A program made the position numbers and the translations under genes. Of a stretch of 64,000 bases of DNA, positions 54,423 to 64,000 are shown piece by piece (the first letter of the stretch is position 1; every line of letters starts with the position of its first letter). The notes under the pieces are model-generated. The model was not told the origin of the DNA and did no database searches. It worked only from the letters and a program-made list of their open reading frames with translations. Source of the DNA: Thermodesulfobium acidiphilum (GTDB lineage Bacteria; Thermodesulfobiota; Thermodesulfobiia; Thermodesulfobiales; Thermodesulfobiaceae); NCBI RefSeq assembly GCF_003057965.1, contig NZ_CP020921.1, forward strand, positions 732,916 through 796,915. The letters are read 5' to 3'.

Positions 54423-55175
54423 TTAAACTACTTTATTAGTGAGTGTTCCAATGTTTTCAATTACAACGCTCACCTCGTCACCAGCTTTCATCGGACCTAC
54501 TCCAGAAGGTGTTCCGGTCATAATTACGTCTCCAGGCAGTAGCGTCATAACCGAACTAATAAAGCTAACTAAAAAATTTGGTTTGAATATTAAATTTGAG
54601 GTATTAGATCTTTGTTTTATTTCATTATTTAGAATCAATTTTATGTATAACGAATTGGGATCAATTTCTGTTTCAATCCAAGGACCAATTGGAGCAAATG
54701 AGTCAAAGGATTTTGACCTTGTCCATTGAACATCCTTTCTCTGCAGGTCTCTTGCAGTAACATCATTACCGCAAGTATATCCTAATATATAGTTGTTTGC
54801 TTCTTCGATCTTAACATCTTTTGCAGGTTTTCCAATTACCACAACTAATTCTGCCTCGTAATGAAGTTCTTTTGTTTGTTTAGGATAAAAAATTGGATAT
54901 TCGGGATGATTAACTGATGTAGATGGCTTTAAAAATAAGACAGGTTCTGAAGGAAGAGGTTCTTTCATTTCATTTGCATGATCCATATAGTTTAAGCCTA
55001 CACATACAAACTTTGAAGGTAAAACGGGAGAAAGAAGTTCAACTTCATTAAGACTTAATCTAATCGAAGTTTTTTTAACAGAGTTTAAAAAATTTTCTTC
55101 CAAAGTTACTATTTCATTTCTTTCCATAATTCCGAATTTTATTTCGTTGTTGTGTTTAAATCTAAGTAATTTCAA
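54423..55175 (-). CDS. Fumarylacetoacetate hydrolase family protein
   Basis: CVGLNY.DH, YEAEL, NDVTARDLQ, KSFDSF.PIGP, GDVIMTGTPSGVG. Confidence 0.92.
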   Translation of the reverse strand: MKLLRFKHNNEIKFGIMERNEIVTLEENFLNSVKKTSIRLSLNEVELLSPVLPSKFVCVGLNYMDHANEMKEPLPSEPVLFLKPSTSVNHPEYPIFYPKQTKELHYEAELVVVIGKPAKDVKIEEANNYILGYTCGNDVTARDLQRKDVQWTRSKSFDSFAPIGPWIETEIDPNSLYIKLILNNEIKQRSNTSNLIFKPNFLVSFISSVMTLLPGDVIMTGTPSGVGPMKAGDEVSVVIENIGTLTNKVV

Positions 55176-55211
55176 TTTTTTGCCTCCTTTAGTTTTGAAA
55201 TAATTTCAATC

Positions 55212-55844
55212 TTACTTAGGAAAAAGTTTTTTCCACCAGGATTTTTGCCCCTCTTTATTTTGTTCTAATTTTAAATTGTTAAAAAGTTCCATCAAAGTAT
55301 TGTCTGACTCCTTTTTTAGTTTGTTTAATTCTTTTTCATAAGAATTGATTTTTTCTTCTAACCTGTTCAAATATTCTTTTAGCTCAAAATTTTCTCTTTT
55401 TAAATTTGCGATTTCAACTTCTTTTTTGCTAACTTCTCCTTTTAGAGAATCAATATCTTCTAAAACTTTTATGTTATCTTTTATTTCTTCGAGAAGTAAA
55501 ATCTGTTTTAAAAGTAAATTTTTTAAACTTTCTTCTGTATTACACTTTTTTTCACATATAAAACTTTCTAATTGGGCATTAGTTATTTTATTTTTGTTAA
55601 CTAAATTAGTTTTATTCTTAACGTCAATATTAAGAGATTTTTTTATCTCTTCTGTAGTAAATCCCTTTTTATACATTTCGTTAATTTTAATTAATTGTGG
55701 GATGCAACTTTTGTTATATCTTTTAGATCTTTTTTCGTTATTAATGTCAAAAAGAGATTCGAATTTATTTATATATCTTCTAATCGTAGATTCCGCAATA
55801 TTGGTCTCCTTTGAAAGCTGTTCTAAAGTTATATAATTTTCCAT
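55212..55844 (-). CDS. MerR-type HTH + coiled-coil protein (RacA/DUF3967-like)
   Basis: LSKETNIAESTIRRYI HTH, long coiled coil, C-terminal SWWKKLF. Confidence 0.72.
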   Translation of the reverse strand: MENYITLEQLSKETNIAESTIRRYINKFESLFDINNEKRSKRYNKSCIPQLIKINEMYKKGFTTEEIKKSLNIDVKNKTNLVNKNKITNAQLESFICEKKCNTEESLKNLLLKQILLLEEIKDNIKVLEDIDSLKGEVSKKEVEIANLKRENFELKEYLNRLEEKINSYEKELNKLKKESDNTLMELFNNLKLEQNKEGQKSWWKKLFPK

Positions 55845-56043
55845 ACTTTAATTATATGATCTTTTTTAAATATATCAAATTTGCAAATTTTTTAAAAAAC
55901 ATTTATAATACAAAAAATTGTATGGTATAAAAAATTTTATTTAAAATATATGTATTTTGTTATTTGTGAAAGTGTTAAAAGAATATTAGAATGTAAGATG
56001 TAAAGAAGAGTTTTAAGGCTTAAAATATAAGGAGGCGGGTAAG

Positions 56044-57291
56044 TTGAACTTTATTAATCCGTTTGAAGTTGTTCAAGATCAGCTAGACGAGGTTATGCAG
56101 ATTTTGAAAATAGATAGTAATGTAATGCAAATTCTAAGAACTCCTATGAGAGAGATTCACGTGTCTATACCTGTAAGGATGGATAATGGTGATCTCAAAG
56201 TTTTTCATGGCTTTAGAGTTCAGTATAACAATGCTCTGGGTCCATGTAAAGGAGGAATAAGATTTCATCCTGAAGAAACTATTGATACTATTAGAGCTTT
56301 GGCTGCTTGGATGACGTGGAAAACGGCATGTATTGGTTTGCCTCTTGGAGGTGCAAAAGGCGGTGTAATATGTAATCCTAAAGAAATGTCCGTTAACGAA
56401 CTTGAAAGATTGGCAAGAGGTTATATTGACAAAATTTGGCAGCTTATAGGCCCCGATCAGGACATACCTGCTCCAGATGTTTACACTAATCCTCAAATTA
56501 TGGCATGGATGATGGATGAATATTCTAAAATCATTGGCAAAAACCAGTTTGGAGTTATTACTGGCAAACCAATTAAGATGGGAGGGTCATTAGGTAGAGA
56601 AGATGCTACAGCAAGGGGTGGGATGTCTGTTTTAAGAGAAGCCGCAAAATATTTAGGACTTGACCTTGCAAAATCTACAATAGCTATTCAGGGGTTTGGT
56701 AATGCAGGTTATTATACAGCTGTGCTTGCTAAAAAAATGTTTGGCATGAAAGTAATAGCAGTTAGCGATAGTAATGGCGGAGTCTTTAACTCAAATGGTA
56801 TTGATATTAAGGCTTTGAAAGAGTATAAAGAAAAAACTGGTCATGTAAGCGGTTTTAGTGGTGCAAAAGACATAACAAACGAAGAGCTTTTATTATTGGA
56901 TGTAGATGTTCTGGCGCCATCTGCTATTGAAGAAGTTATTACAAAAAATAATGCGAATGATATTAAAGCAAAAATTGTTCTCGAACTCGCCAATGGACCA
57001 ACTACACCTGACGCTGATAAGATTTTGTTCAAAAAGGGAGTTCATCTTGTGCCTGATTTTCTTGCAAATGCTGGAGGTGTAACTGTATCTTATTTTGAGA
57101 TGGTCCAAAATTTTTATATGTATTACTGGGACGAAGATCTGGTTTATAAAAGACTTGATCACAGAATGACTGAAGCCTATAGAAATGTTTTAAAGGCTGC
57201 AAAGGAACATAATATTAGCATGAGACAAGCTGCTTACTTAGTGGCAATTAAAAGAATTTTCGAAGTAATGAAATTAAGAGGGTGGTGGTAA
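56044..57291 (+). CDS. gdh: Glutamate dehydrogenase (Glu/Leu/Phe/Val family)
   Basis: GPCKGGIRFHP, GGAKGG, DIPAPDV, TGKP, QGFGNAG, ANAGGV. Confidence 0.93.
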   Translation: MNFINPFEVVQDQLDEVMQILKIDSNVMQILRTPMREIHVSIPVRMDNGDLKVFHGFRVQYNNALGPCKGGIRFHPEETIDTIRALAAWMTWKTACIGLPLGGAKGGVICNPKEMSVNELERLARGYIDKIWQLIGPDQDIPAPDVYTNPQIMAWMMDEYSKIIGKNQFGVITGKPIKMGGSLGREDATARGGMSVLREAAKYLGLDLAKSTIAIQGFGNAGYYTAVLAKKMFGMKVIAVSDSNGGVFNSNGIDIKALKEYKEKTGHVSGFSGAKDITNEELLLLDVDVLAPSAIEEVITKNNANDIKAKIVLELANGPTTPDADKILFKKGVHLVPDFLANAGGVTVSYFEMVQNFYMYYWDEDLVYKRLDHRMTEAYRNVLKAAKEHNISMRQAAYLVAIKRIFEVMKLRGWW

Positions 57292-57365
57292 GTGGTTTTT
57301 TATAAGCTTTTAAATTTTTATCTATTTTAAAATTCTTAATTAAGAGTATGTAAAGGAGAATTTGC

Positions 57366-58751
57366 GTGGATTATTTGTCTTTTATTGGAAACAAAAAAGC
57401 AGAATTTTTGGAAGACCTAAAAAAAATTTTATCTTATCCAAGTGTAAATCAGGAAAAGTCTGAGGGAGCACCATTTGGGATTGAGGTTAGAAAGTGTTTG
57501 GATGAGACTTTAAATATTGCTAAGAGAATGGGTTTTAAAACTTTTGTAGTTAACGATGCTGTAGGGGTAGTTGAGTATGGAGATTCAGAAGAGTATGTAG
57601 GTTGTTTAGCGCACCTTGACGTTGTTCCTGCTGGAGAAGGCTGGGATAGTGATCCCTTTGTAGCTAGAATTGACGGGGATAGGATTTACGCAAGAGGCGC
57701 AATTGATGACAAAGGACCAGCTATGGCATCTCTTTATTCACTTTATGCCATAAAAGAGTTAGGAGTAAAAATAGGAAAAAAAATTAGGCTTTTGTTTGGT
57801 ACAAATGAAGAAGAGGGTTCAAAAGATATGCCTTTGTATCTTGCAAAAGAAAAACCACCTATTTATGCATTTTCACCTGATGCTGAATTTCCAGTGGTTC
57901 ATTCTGAAAAGGGTATGGTTTTTGCCAGGGTTTCCTGGAAGTTCGATCAAAGTTCTGATGGAGTGATTATAGAAGAAATTACTGGCGGTACTAAAGTTAA
58001 TGTGGTTCCAAATAAAGCAACTGCAATTTTAAAAAATGCTGATGAGAAAATTGTTTTTGAACTCATAAAAAAATTTAATTCAGAAAGGCCATTTAAATGG
58101 AACGTTAAATATGGTAAAGGAATGTTTGTCGAGTGTATTGGTAAAAGTTCTCATGCAGCGCATCCAGAACTGGGTTTAAATGCAATTATGGGTTTAATTG
58201 AGTTCCTTTCAAAGTTATCTTTAAATTCTAAAGTAAAAGGTACAATTGATTGGCTTGCTGCCTATATTGATGGTGAGACAGATGCAAAAAAATTTGGGAT
58301 CTTTTGTGAAGATAAATATGGTAGGCTGACGTTCAATGTCGGCATTGTTAGTTTGAAAGATAATGTATTTTCTTTGGATATCAATTATAGAACACCTGTA
58401 ACTTTAGATTATGATGCAATTAATGAAAAATTTGTGAAAATTTTTGAAAAAACTGGCGCAAAGGTTGAGTTTTTATTAAGGGATAGACCATTGTTTTATC
58501 CTGAAGATCATTTTTTGGTTAAAACCTTGCTGGAAGTTTATAGAAAGTATGTTAATTCGAACACACCTCCTCTTTCAATAGGCGGTGGTACCTATTCTAA
58601 GCATATACCGAACACTGTTTCTTTTGGACCACTCTTTGAAGACAAGCAAGACATGTGTCATGAGGCGAATGAATATGCAAGTATTTCAGACTTAATTACG
58701 TGTTCTGCAATATATGCTGAAGCCATGGTGAAATTATCTGTTAATAAATAG
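57366..58751 (+). CDS. pepV: M20 dipeptidase (PepV/Sapep family)
   Basis: HLDVVP, RGAIDDKGP, NEEEG, PDAEFP...EKG, GGGTY, HEANE. Confidence 0.88.
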   Translation: MDYLSFIGNKKAEFLEDLKKILSYPSVNQEKSEGAPFGIEVRKCLDETLNIAKRMGFKTFVVNDAVGVVEYGDSEEYVGCLAHLDVVPAGEGWDSDPFVARIDGDRIYARGAIDDKGPAMASLYSLYAIKELGVKIGKKIRLLFGTNEEEGSKDMPLYLAKEKPPIYAFSPDAEFPVVHSEKGMVFARVSWKFDQSSDGVIIEEITGGTKVNVVPNKATAILKNADEKIVFELIKKFNSERPFKWNVKYGKGMFVECIGKSSHAAHPELGLNAIMGLIEFLSKLSLNSKVKGTIDWLAAYIDGETDAKKFGIFCEDKYGRLTFNVGIVSLKDNVFSLDINYRTPVTLDYDAINEKFVKIFEKTGAKVEFLLRDRPLFYPEDHFLVKTLLEVYRKYVNSNTPPLSIGGGTYSKHIPNTVSFGPLFEDKQDMCHEANEYASISDLITCSAIYAEAMVKLSVNK

Positions 58752-58814
58752 TTTGTAGCTTTTAGTAAAAATCTATTAAAAACTAGCAGTATATTATTAT
58801 GAAAGGTGATTGAT

Positions 58815-60731
58815 ATGGAAGAGAGAAAAAAGTTAAATTATCTTAATGTTTCAGGGGAAGACTACGTACCTTATATATCTGCAGATAAGGTTATTCCTGA
58901 GTTTACTATAACTGCTATTGCCATTGGTGTTTTTTTGGCGATATTATTCGGAGCTGCAGATGCGTATCTCGGAATGAAAGCAGGATTGACAGTTAGTGCG
59001 AGTATCCCTGCTGCAGTAATGTCTATGGGTGTTCTGAAGGGGATATTCAGAAGGGGTACTATTCTTGAAAATACTATTGCTCAGACAATTGCATCTGCTG
59101 GTGAAGCAATTGCATCAGGTGTAATATTTACATTGCCTGCTTTATTTATTTGGGGATACAATCCAGGTCTTTTAGAGCTTAATACTATGGCTCTATTAGG
59201 TGGAATATTGGGCGTTGTTTTAATGGTGCCTCTTAGAAAGCTTTTGATAGTAAACGAACACCACAACTTGCCTTATCCAGAAGGCACAGCTTGTGCTGAG
59301 GTTTTGGTTGCTGGAGATCAAGGTGGAAGTAGCGCAAAAACTGTATTTTGTGGCATCGGAATTGGTGCATTGTACCAATTTCTAATGGATGGTTTAGGAC
59401 TTTGGAACGAGAGCCCTGACTGGGGTATTCCTGGTCTTAAGGGAGCTGGTATCGGTTTTGATACGCTGCCTGCTCTTTTAGGCGTAGGATTTATTATAGG
59501 TCCTAAGGCATCTTTTTATATGTTTGCAGGCGGCATACTTAGCTGGCTTGTGTTAATGCCTTTGATTTCATATTTCGGTAGTGGTTTGACAACCCCAATT
59601 TATCCATCGACAGTGCCTATATCTCAGATGGGTTATTGGGCTCTATGGAGCACATATATTCGTTACGTAGGTGCTGGAGCTGTTGCAGTAGGTGGCTTTA
59701 TTACTCTTATAAGGTCCTTGCCTACTATACTTGGTTCTTTTGACGCTACAATCAAAGGTCTAAGCAAAAATAAGGGAACTAATGTTGTAAAAGACATTCG
59801 TACTCAAAGAGATACGCCATTTTTGATACTTCTCATTATTGTGGGTATCATATTTTTCTATACTGCTCTTACCCCTCAGTTTAACATTGGATTCTTAGGC
59901 GCGTTCCTTATGCTAATATTTGCTTTCTTCTTTACGACTGTGTCTTCTAGAATCGTAGGCATTATCGGTTCATCTAGCAACCCTGTGTCCGGTATGACGA
60001 TAGGAACCATTATTTTGGTAGCTGTAATATTTAGGTTATGCGGATGGATCGGAGATACTGCAATGGTAGCAACCCTTATAACAGGCGCCCTTGTCTGTAT
60101 TTCTATTTGTGTTGCGGGTGATACATCTCAAGACCTTAAAACTGCATTCCTAGTAGGTGGTACTCCAAGAGCACAGCAATATGGAATGATCATAGGCGCT
60201 ATTGCTTCATCATTTGTAATCGGTTCAGTCTTGGTTATGCTTGGTCATGCATACGGTTTTGGTACGAAGGACTTGCCTGCTCCTCAAGCTATGCTTATGG
60301 CTTTGATTATCAAGGGAGTAATCGGTGGCACTATGCCTTGGGCTCTCGTAGCTATAGGTGGTTTTGTCGCAATTGCTGCTGAGCTCTTAGGAATTTCTGT
60401 ATTAGCTTTTGCTGTAGGAATGTATTTGCCAATTTCAACTTCTGCAGCAATTGCCACTGGTGGCTTTTTGCATCTGATTCTTTCTAAAACAGTTAACAAC
60501 AAGGAGAAGTTAAGAGCAAAGATAGAAGAAGGTGTTCTCTTGAATTCGGGATTAATAGCTGGCGGTTCTCTAATGGGTGTAATCCTTGCATTCTTGGTCT
60601 ATGAAAATATTAATATTTCAGTTAACTTTACCTGGGGTGGCTTTGTGAATCCTATTTCTCTGCTATTCTACTTCCTTTTAGCTATCGGTGTTTATGTCTA
60701 TTTGATGAACAAAAAAGTTGAGGTAGAGTAA
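58815..60731 (+). CDS. OPT family oligopeptide transporter
   Basis: YLGMKAGLTVSASIP, LPYPEGTACAEVL, SSNPVSGMT, QDLKT, PAPQA. Confidence 0.92.
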   Translation: MEERKKLNYLNVSGEDYVPYISADKVIPEFTITAIAIGVFLAILFGAADAYLGMKAGLTVSASIPAAVMSMGVLKGIFRRGTILENTIAQTIASAGEAIASGVIFTLPALFIWGYNPGLLELNTMALLGGILGVVLMVPLRKLLIVNEHHNLPYPEGTACAEVLVAGDQGGSSAKTVFCGIGIGALYQFLMDGLGLWNESPDWGIPGLKGAGIGFDTLPALLGVGFIIGPKASFYMFAGGILSWLVLMPLISYFGSGLTTPIYPSTVPISQMGYWALWSTYIRYVGAGAVAVGGFITLIRSLPTILGSFDATIKGLSKNKGTNVVKDIRTQRDTPFLILLIIVGIIFFYTALTPQFNIGFLGAFLMLIFAFFFTTVSSRIVGIIGSSSNPVSGMTIGTIILVAVIFRLCGWIGDTAMVATLITGALVCISICVAGDTSQDLKTAFLVGGTPRAQQYGMIIGAIASSFVIGSVLVMLGHAYGFGTKDLPAPQAMLMALIIKGVIGGTMPWALVAIGGFVAIAAELLGISVLAFAVGMYLPISTSAAIATGGFLHLILSKTVNNKEKLRAKIEEGVLLNSGLIAGGSLMGVILAFLVYENINISVNFTWGGFVNPISLLFYFLLAIGVYVYLMNKKVEVE

Positions 60732-60735
60732 AATA

Positions 60736-61089
60736 TTGTTTGGTTTTAATAAGAATAAAGGCAATCTTTTAACGATGTATCCTGTTAAAAGTGTAAATGT
60801 TTCAGATGAAATGATAGACGGGCAGCTTCGGCTGACCGTCTATCATGCTGGTTTCTTCCGTAGAATATTTGAGAAATGGTTTCCAAATTATGGAAAGAGC
60901 TTTATTAATTTAGATAAATACGGTCAATTTGTTTGGCAACACTGCGATGGAAATTTTACTATAAAAGATATCCTAATTGATATGCAAAAACAATTTGATG
61001 ACAATTCAGAATTTGCCCTTGAAAGGCTTATCGTTTTTATTAGGATTCTTGCTAGCAATAAACTAATTAAGCTAATCAGATCAAAATGA
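60736..61089 (+). CDS. PqqD-family (RRE-like) protein
   Basis: INLDKYGQFVWQHCDGNFTIKDI...F....ERL..FI..L PqqD pattern. Confidence 0.8.
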   Translation: MFGFNKNKGNLLTMYPVKSVNVSDEMIDGQLRLTVYHAGFFRRIFEKWFPNYGKSFINLDKYGQFVWQHCDGNFTIKDILIDMQKQFDDNSEFALERLIVFIRILASNKLIKLIRSK

Positions 61090-61099
61090 GGTATGCGTT

Positions 61100-61471
61100 A
61101 TGAATATTGAGGTGTATATTTTAGGGACTCTTTCTTTTGCCGTTATGGGTGCGCTTCTTTATATATATGGATATAGGCGTTCTTATAAAATGCCGCAAGA
61201 GCTTCAAAAGCAGATTGCTATAAAGCTCGAAAAAAAAGCTATGTCATTTATCACTAAGAACGCTCAAGGAGTTACGGCAAAGTCTATTGCTAATGAGATT
61301 AAAGATGTAAAAGTTGGGAGTCATTTTCAAGGATATAAGTTTAGCGTAAAAGATTCGTTGGTTACTGCTCAGGCAGTTCTGGACAGATTGCTGGCAGCCA
61401 ATAAGATTAAAAAAGTGATTGATGGTAAAATAGTGAAGTATTATCCTATCAGCGATGAGGAAGAAAAATAA
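61100..61471 (+). CDS. Hypothetical protein, N-terminal TM helix plus possible winged-helix domain
   Basis: GAGGT RBS, 123-aa ORF within the gene cluster. Confidence 0.65.
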   Translation: MNIEVYILGTLSFAVMGALLYIYGYRRSYKMPQELQKQIAIKLEKKAMSFITKNAQGVTAKSIANEIKDVKVGSHFQGYKFSVKDSLVTAQAVLDRLLAANKIKKVIDGKIVKYYPISDEEEK

Positions 61472-61491
61472 TGTTTATGGAGGGTTAAAGA

Positions 61492-62586
61492 GTGGATATC
61501 GCTTATACCTTGAAAAACGCATCTGAGAGAAGAAATGAACAGTTTAGGCCTGAAGGACAGCTTTCTTTTGGTCAATTAAGAACAGATCATATGTTTTTGC
61601 TAAATTATGAAGACTCAAAATGGCAAAATGCCAGAATAGTACCATATTCAGATATTCCAGTTTCCCCGGGTGCAATCGCAATACACTATGGACAAGCTCT
61701 TTTTGAAGGAGCAAAAGCTTTTATGCATGAAGATGGTGAAATATATTCATTTAGAATCGATAAGAATGCTAAAAGGTTAAACGTATCTGCTGAAATTCTT
61801 TGTATGCCTCGGCTTGACGAAGAAATACAAATAAAAGCTATTCATACTCTTATAGATGTCGATAGATTATGGTTTCCGCTCCAAGAAGGAGCTTCACTTT
61901 ACATAAGGCCATTTATGTTTGCGACTGAAGATTCCCTTGGGGTACATCCATCTAGTAAATATATTTTTGCTGTTATACTTTCGCCTAGTGGTCCTTATTA
62001 TCCAGCTGGATTTACTAAGCCCATAAAACTTTTAATTACAAAAAAATTTCATAGGGCTGTAAGTGGAGGAACAGGTGCTGCAAAGGCTGCAGGAAATTAT
62101 GCTGCTTCTTTAAGAGCTGGAGAATTTGCAAAGAAATTTGGTGCTAGTCAGGTATTGTATTTGGATTCTGAAAACAAATATATAGAAGAAGCAGGAGCGA
62201 TGAACCATTTTCACATCGAAAAGGATGGCACGGTTGTTATACCTGAATTTACAGATACTATTTTAAGAAGTATTACTTCAGAATCTATTCTTGAACTGCA
62301 AAATGCTTTAGGTTTAAAAGTTGTACAAAGAAGGGTTTTATTGAACGAATTTGTTGATAAAATTAAATCAGGTGAAATAATAGAAGCAGGAGGATTTGGT
62401 ACTGCAGCTGTTATTTCACCAGTTGGAGAATATGTTTTTGAAGATGGTTCGTCGATAACAGTAGGTGATGGGGGAGTAGGGAAATATACGAGGAAAATTT
62501 ATGAATATTATACTGGCATACAAAACGGCAAAATAAAAGCTCCAGATGGGTGGTTAAGAAAAGTTGAAAGGATCAGTAAAGATTAA
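61492..62586 (+). CDS. ilvE: Branched-chain amino acid aminotransferase
   Basis: FGQLRTDHM, HYGQALFEGAKA, LYIRPF, KAAGNYA, EEAGAMN, GTAAVISP. Confidence 0.92.
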   Translation: MDIAYTLKNASERRNEQFRPEGQLSFGQLRTDHMFLLNYEDSKWQNARIVPYSDIPVSPGAIAIHYGQALFEGAKAFMHEDGEIYSFRIDKNAKRLNVSAEILCMPRLDEEIQIKAIHTLIDVDRLWFPLQEGASLYIRPFMFATEDSLGVHPSSKYIFAVILSPSGPYYPAGFTKPIKLLITKKFHRAVSGGTGAAKAAGNYAASLRAGEFAKKFGASQVLYLDSENKYIEEAGAMNHFHIEKDGTVVIPEFTDTILRSITSESILELQNALGLKVVQRRVLLNEFVDKIKSGEIIEAGGFGTAAVISPVGEYVFEDGSSITVGDGGVGKYTRKIYEYYTGIQNGKIKAPDGWLRKVERISKD

Positions 62587-62612
62587 TAATTACTTTGTGT
62601 GGATAGTATTCT

Positions 62613-64000
62613 TTGGAAGATGAAATAAAAAGAGTATGTAGATTACAAAGAGATGATGAACTAACTTTCCCTCACTTTTATATAGTAAGTGCATCTGCAG
62701 GTTCTGGCAAAACTTATACTTTGTGTATGAGGGTTTGCCAGTTTTTGTTATCAAAATGTATACAATATAATGACCTATCAAATATCCTTGCTTTAACATT
62801 TACAAAAAATGCTGCAAATGAAATGAAGCAGAGAATTTTAGAATGGTTGAAAAAAATATCTTTAGGTTTGTTAAGCGAAAAGGATAAAAATAATTTGATT
62901 GAATTACTATCTCTTTCCTTTGAAGAAATTGTTGTTCGATCTGAAAAAATAATAGATTTAATATTTAATAATTTTTATGAATTTCAAGTAAGCACGATCG
63001 ACAGCTTTATGTCGAAAATTTTTAAGGTGATGCCATTTGAGACCAATATTTTAGCAAGTAATATAAAAATTGATATTGAAGAAATAATTGATTTTGCTAT
63101 TGATAAATTCATACAAGAGATTGATTTTCTTGAACTTGAAGAGTTTATAAAAGTTATTTCTTTAAACAACTTTATAAGTTTCAATCCAAAGGAAGATTTG
63201 AAAAAAAATTTATTAACTTTATTGAATTTAGAAAATAAGAAACTAGGATATTTTAAAGAAAACAAAGATATCGAACTTACTTTAGATAAAGTAAAGTTGT
63301 TGATGAAAAATTTAGCTTTATTGGCTGAGGAATCTTTAAAAAGGAATTTCAAATTAAATGGAAAAATTAAAGAAGAGAATTTTTATAAAATTATAGAGAA
63401 ATTAAAAAAGCCTGAAAAAAATATAATCAATGTCATTAAAAGTATTTATAAAACCTTCCCCTTTAATAAAGAAAATGGCGATGATTACATCCATTTGAAA
63501 TCTGAATGGGAAAAAAATATTTCTGAAATATACGCATATTTACCAATTTTGAGTCAAATAAGATTTCAACCATATATTAAATTGTTTAGCAAATTCAAAC
63601 TATCTTTGGAAAATTGTTATAAAGATCTCGGTGCTGTTTATATTGGTAACATGAATAAGATGATTTTTGAAAATCTTAATGAAGAAAATATTGTAAAGGT
63701 TCAGTTTTGTTTAGGAAGTCATATTTATCATATTTTAATAGATGAATTTCAGGATACAGATGAAGTTCAATGGGCCTGTATAAAAAAATTTTGTGATGAT
63801 CTTTTGTCCAGAAATGGTTCGGTTTTTACTGTTGGCGACATAAAGCAATCTATTTATAGTTTTAGAGGGGCAGATTATAAGATTATGAAGGAAACAATAG
63901 AGAAGCCAATTAAAAATACTTTTTTGTTAAGTCTTGAAAAGAATTTTAGAACTGATGGAGTTATAATTGAAAATATCAAAAATTTTTTTCAAAAAAATAT
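62613..64000 (+). CDS. UvrD/AddA-like ATP-dependent helicase, runs off the window end
   Basis: Absent from the ORF track; TTG 62613, ASAGSGKT, ILALTFTKNAANEMKQRI, STIDSF, LIDEFQDT, VGDIKQSIYSFRGA. Confidence 0.9.
   Translation, partial: MEDEIKRVCRLQRDDELTFPHFYIVSASAGSGKTYTLCMRVCQFLLSKCIQYNDLSNILALTFTKNAANEMKQRILEWLKKISLGLLSEKDKNNLIELLSLSFEEIVVRSEKIIDLIFNNFYEFQVSTIDSFMSKIFKVMPFETNILASNIKIDIEEIIDFAIDKFIQEIDFLELEEFIKVISLNNFISFNPKEDLKKNLLTLLNLENKKLGYFKENKDIELTLDKVKLLMKNLALLAEESLKRNFKLNGKIKEENFYKIIEKLKKPEKNIINVIKSIYKTFPFNKENGDDYIHLKSEWEKNISEIYAYLPILSQIRFQPYIKLFSKFKLSLENCYKDLGAVYIGNMNKMIFENLNEENIVKVQFCLGSHIYHILIDEFQDTDEVQWACIKKFCDDLLSRNGSVFTVGDIKQSIYSFRGADYKIMKETIEKPIKNTFLLSLEKNFRTDGVIIENIKNFFQKN

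Noticed and set aside
55345-55836. 163-aa plus-strand ORF
   Set aside because: Antisense shadow of the Lys/Glu-rich coiled-coil gene
62590-63352. Minus-strand ORFs of 69 and 122 aa
   Set aside because: Antisense to the UvrD/AddA-like helicase, which the ORF track missed because it lacks a stop in the window

Overview
AT-rich bacterial chromosomal window from an anaerobic diderm. It carries a class III RNR, an aldehyde:ferredoxin oxidoreductase, a TolC/RND pump and type IV pilus genes. The 16S sequence and gene content tentatively suggest a Thermodesulfobium-like lineage (inference, not checked by search). It holds about 50 mostly housekeeping or metabolic CDSs, one complete rRNA operon (16S-tRNA-Ile-tRNA-Ala-23S-5S), tRNA-Arg(CCT), a decayed IS1202-like element and several pseudogenes. 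The standout is a class III ribonucleotide reductase (NrdD) with an in-frame N-terminal NrdR-type DNA-binding zinc ribbon. Two NrdR boxes at an atypical 19-bp period overlap its predicted promoter, suggesting an enzyme that represses its own gene. Other oddities: a terminator-like hairpin at the predicted +1 of a nikMN-Q-O operon, tRNA-Ala(CGC) in the rRNA spacer, a 5S rRNA lacking most of helix IV, a CTG-initiated diguanylate cyclase, a catalytically degenerate IMPase-ADP-ribosylglycohydrolase fusion, and an OPT plus stand-alone PqqD/RRE peptide-utilisation cluster. All assignments come from motif recognition by eye; no searches were run.
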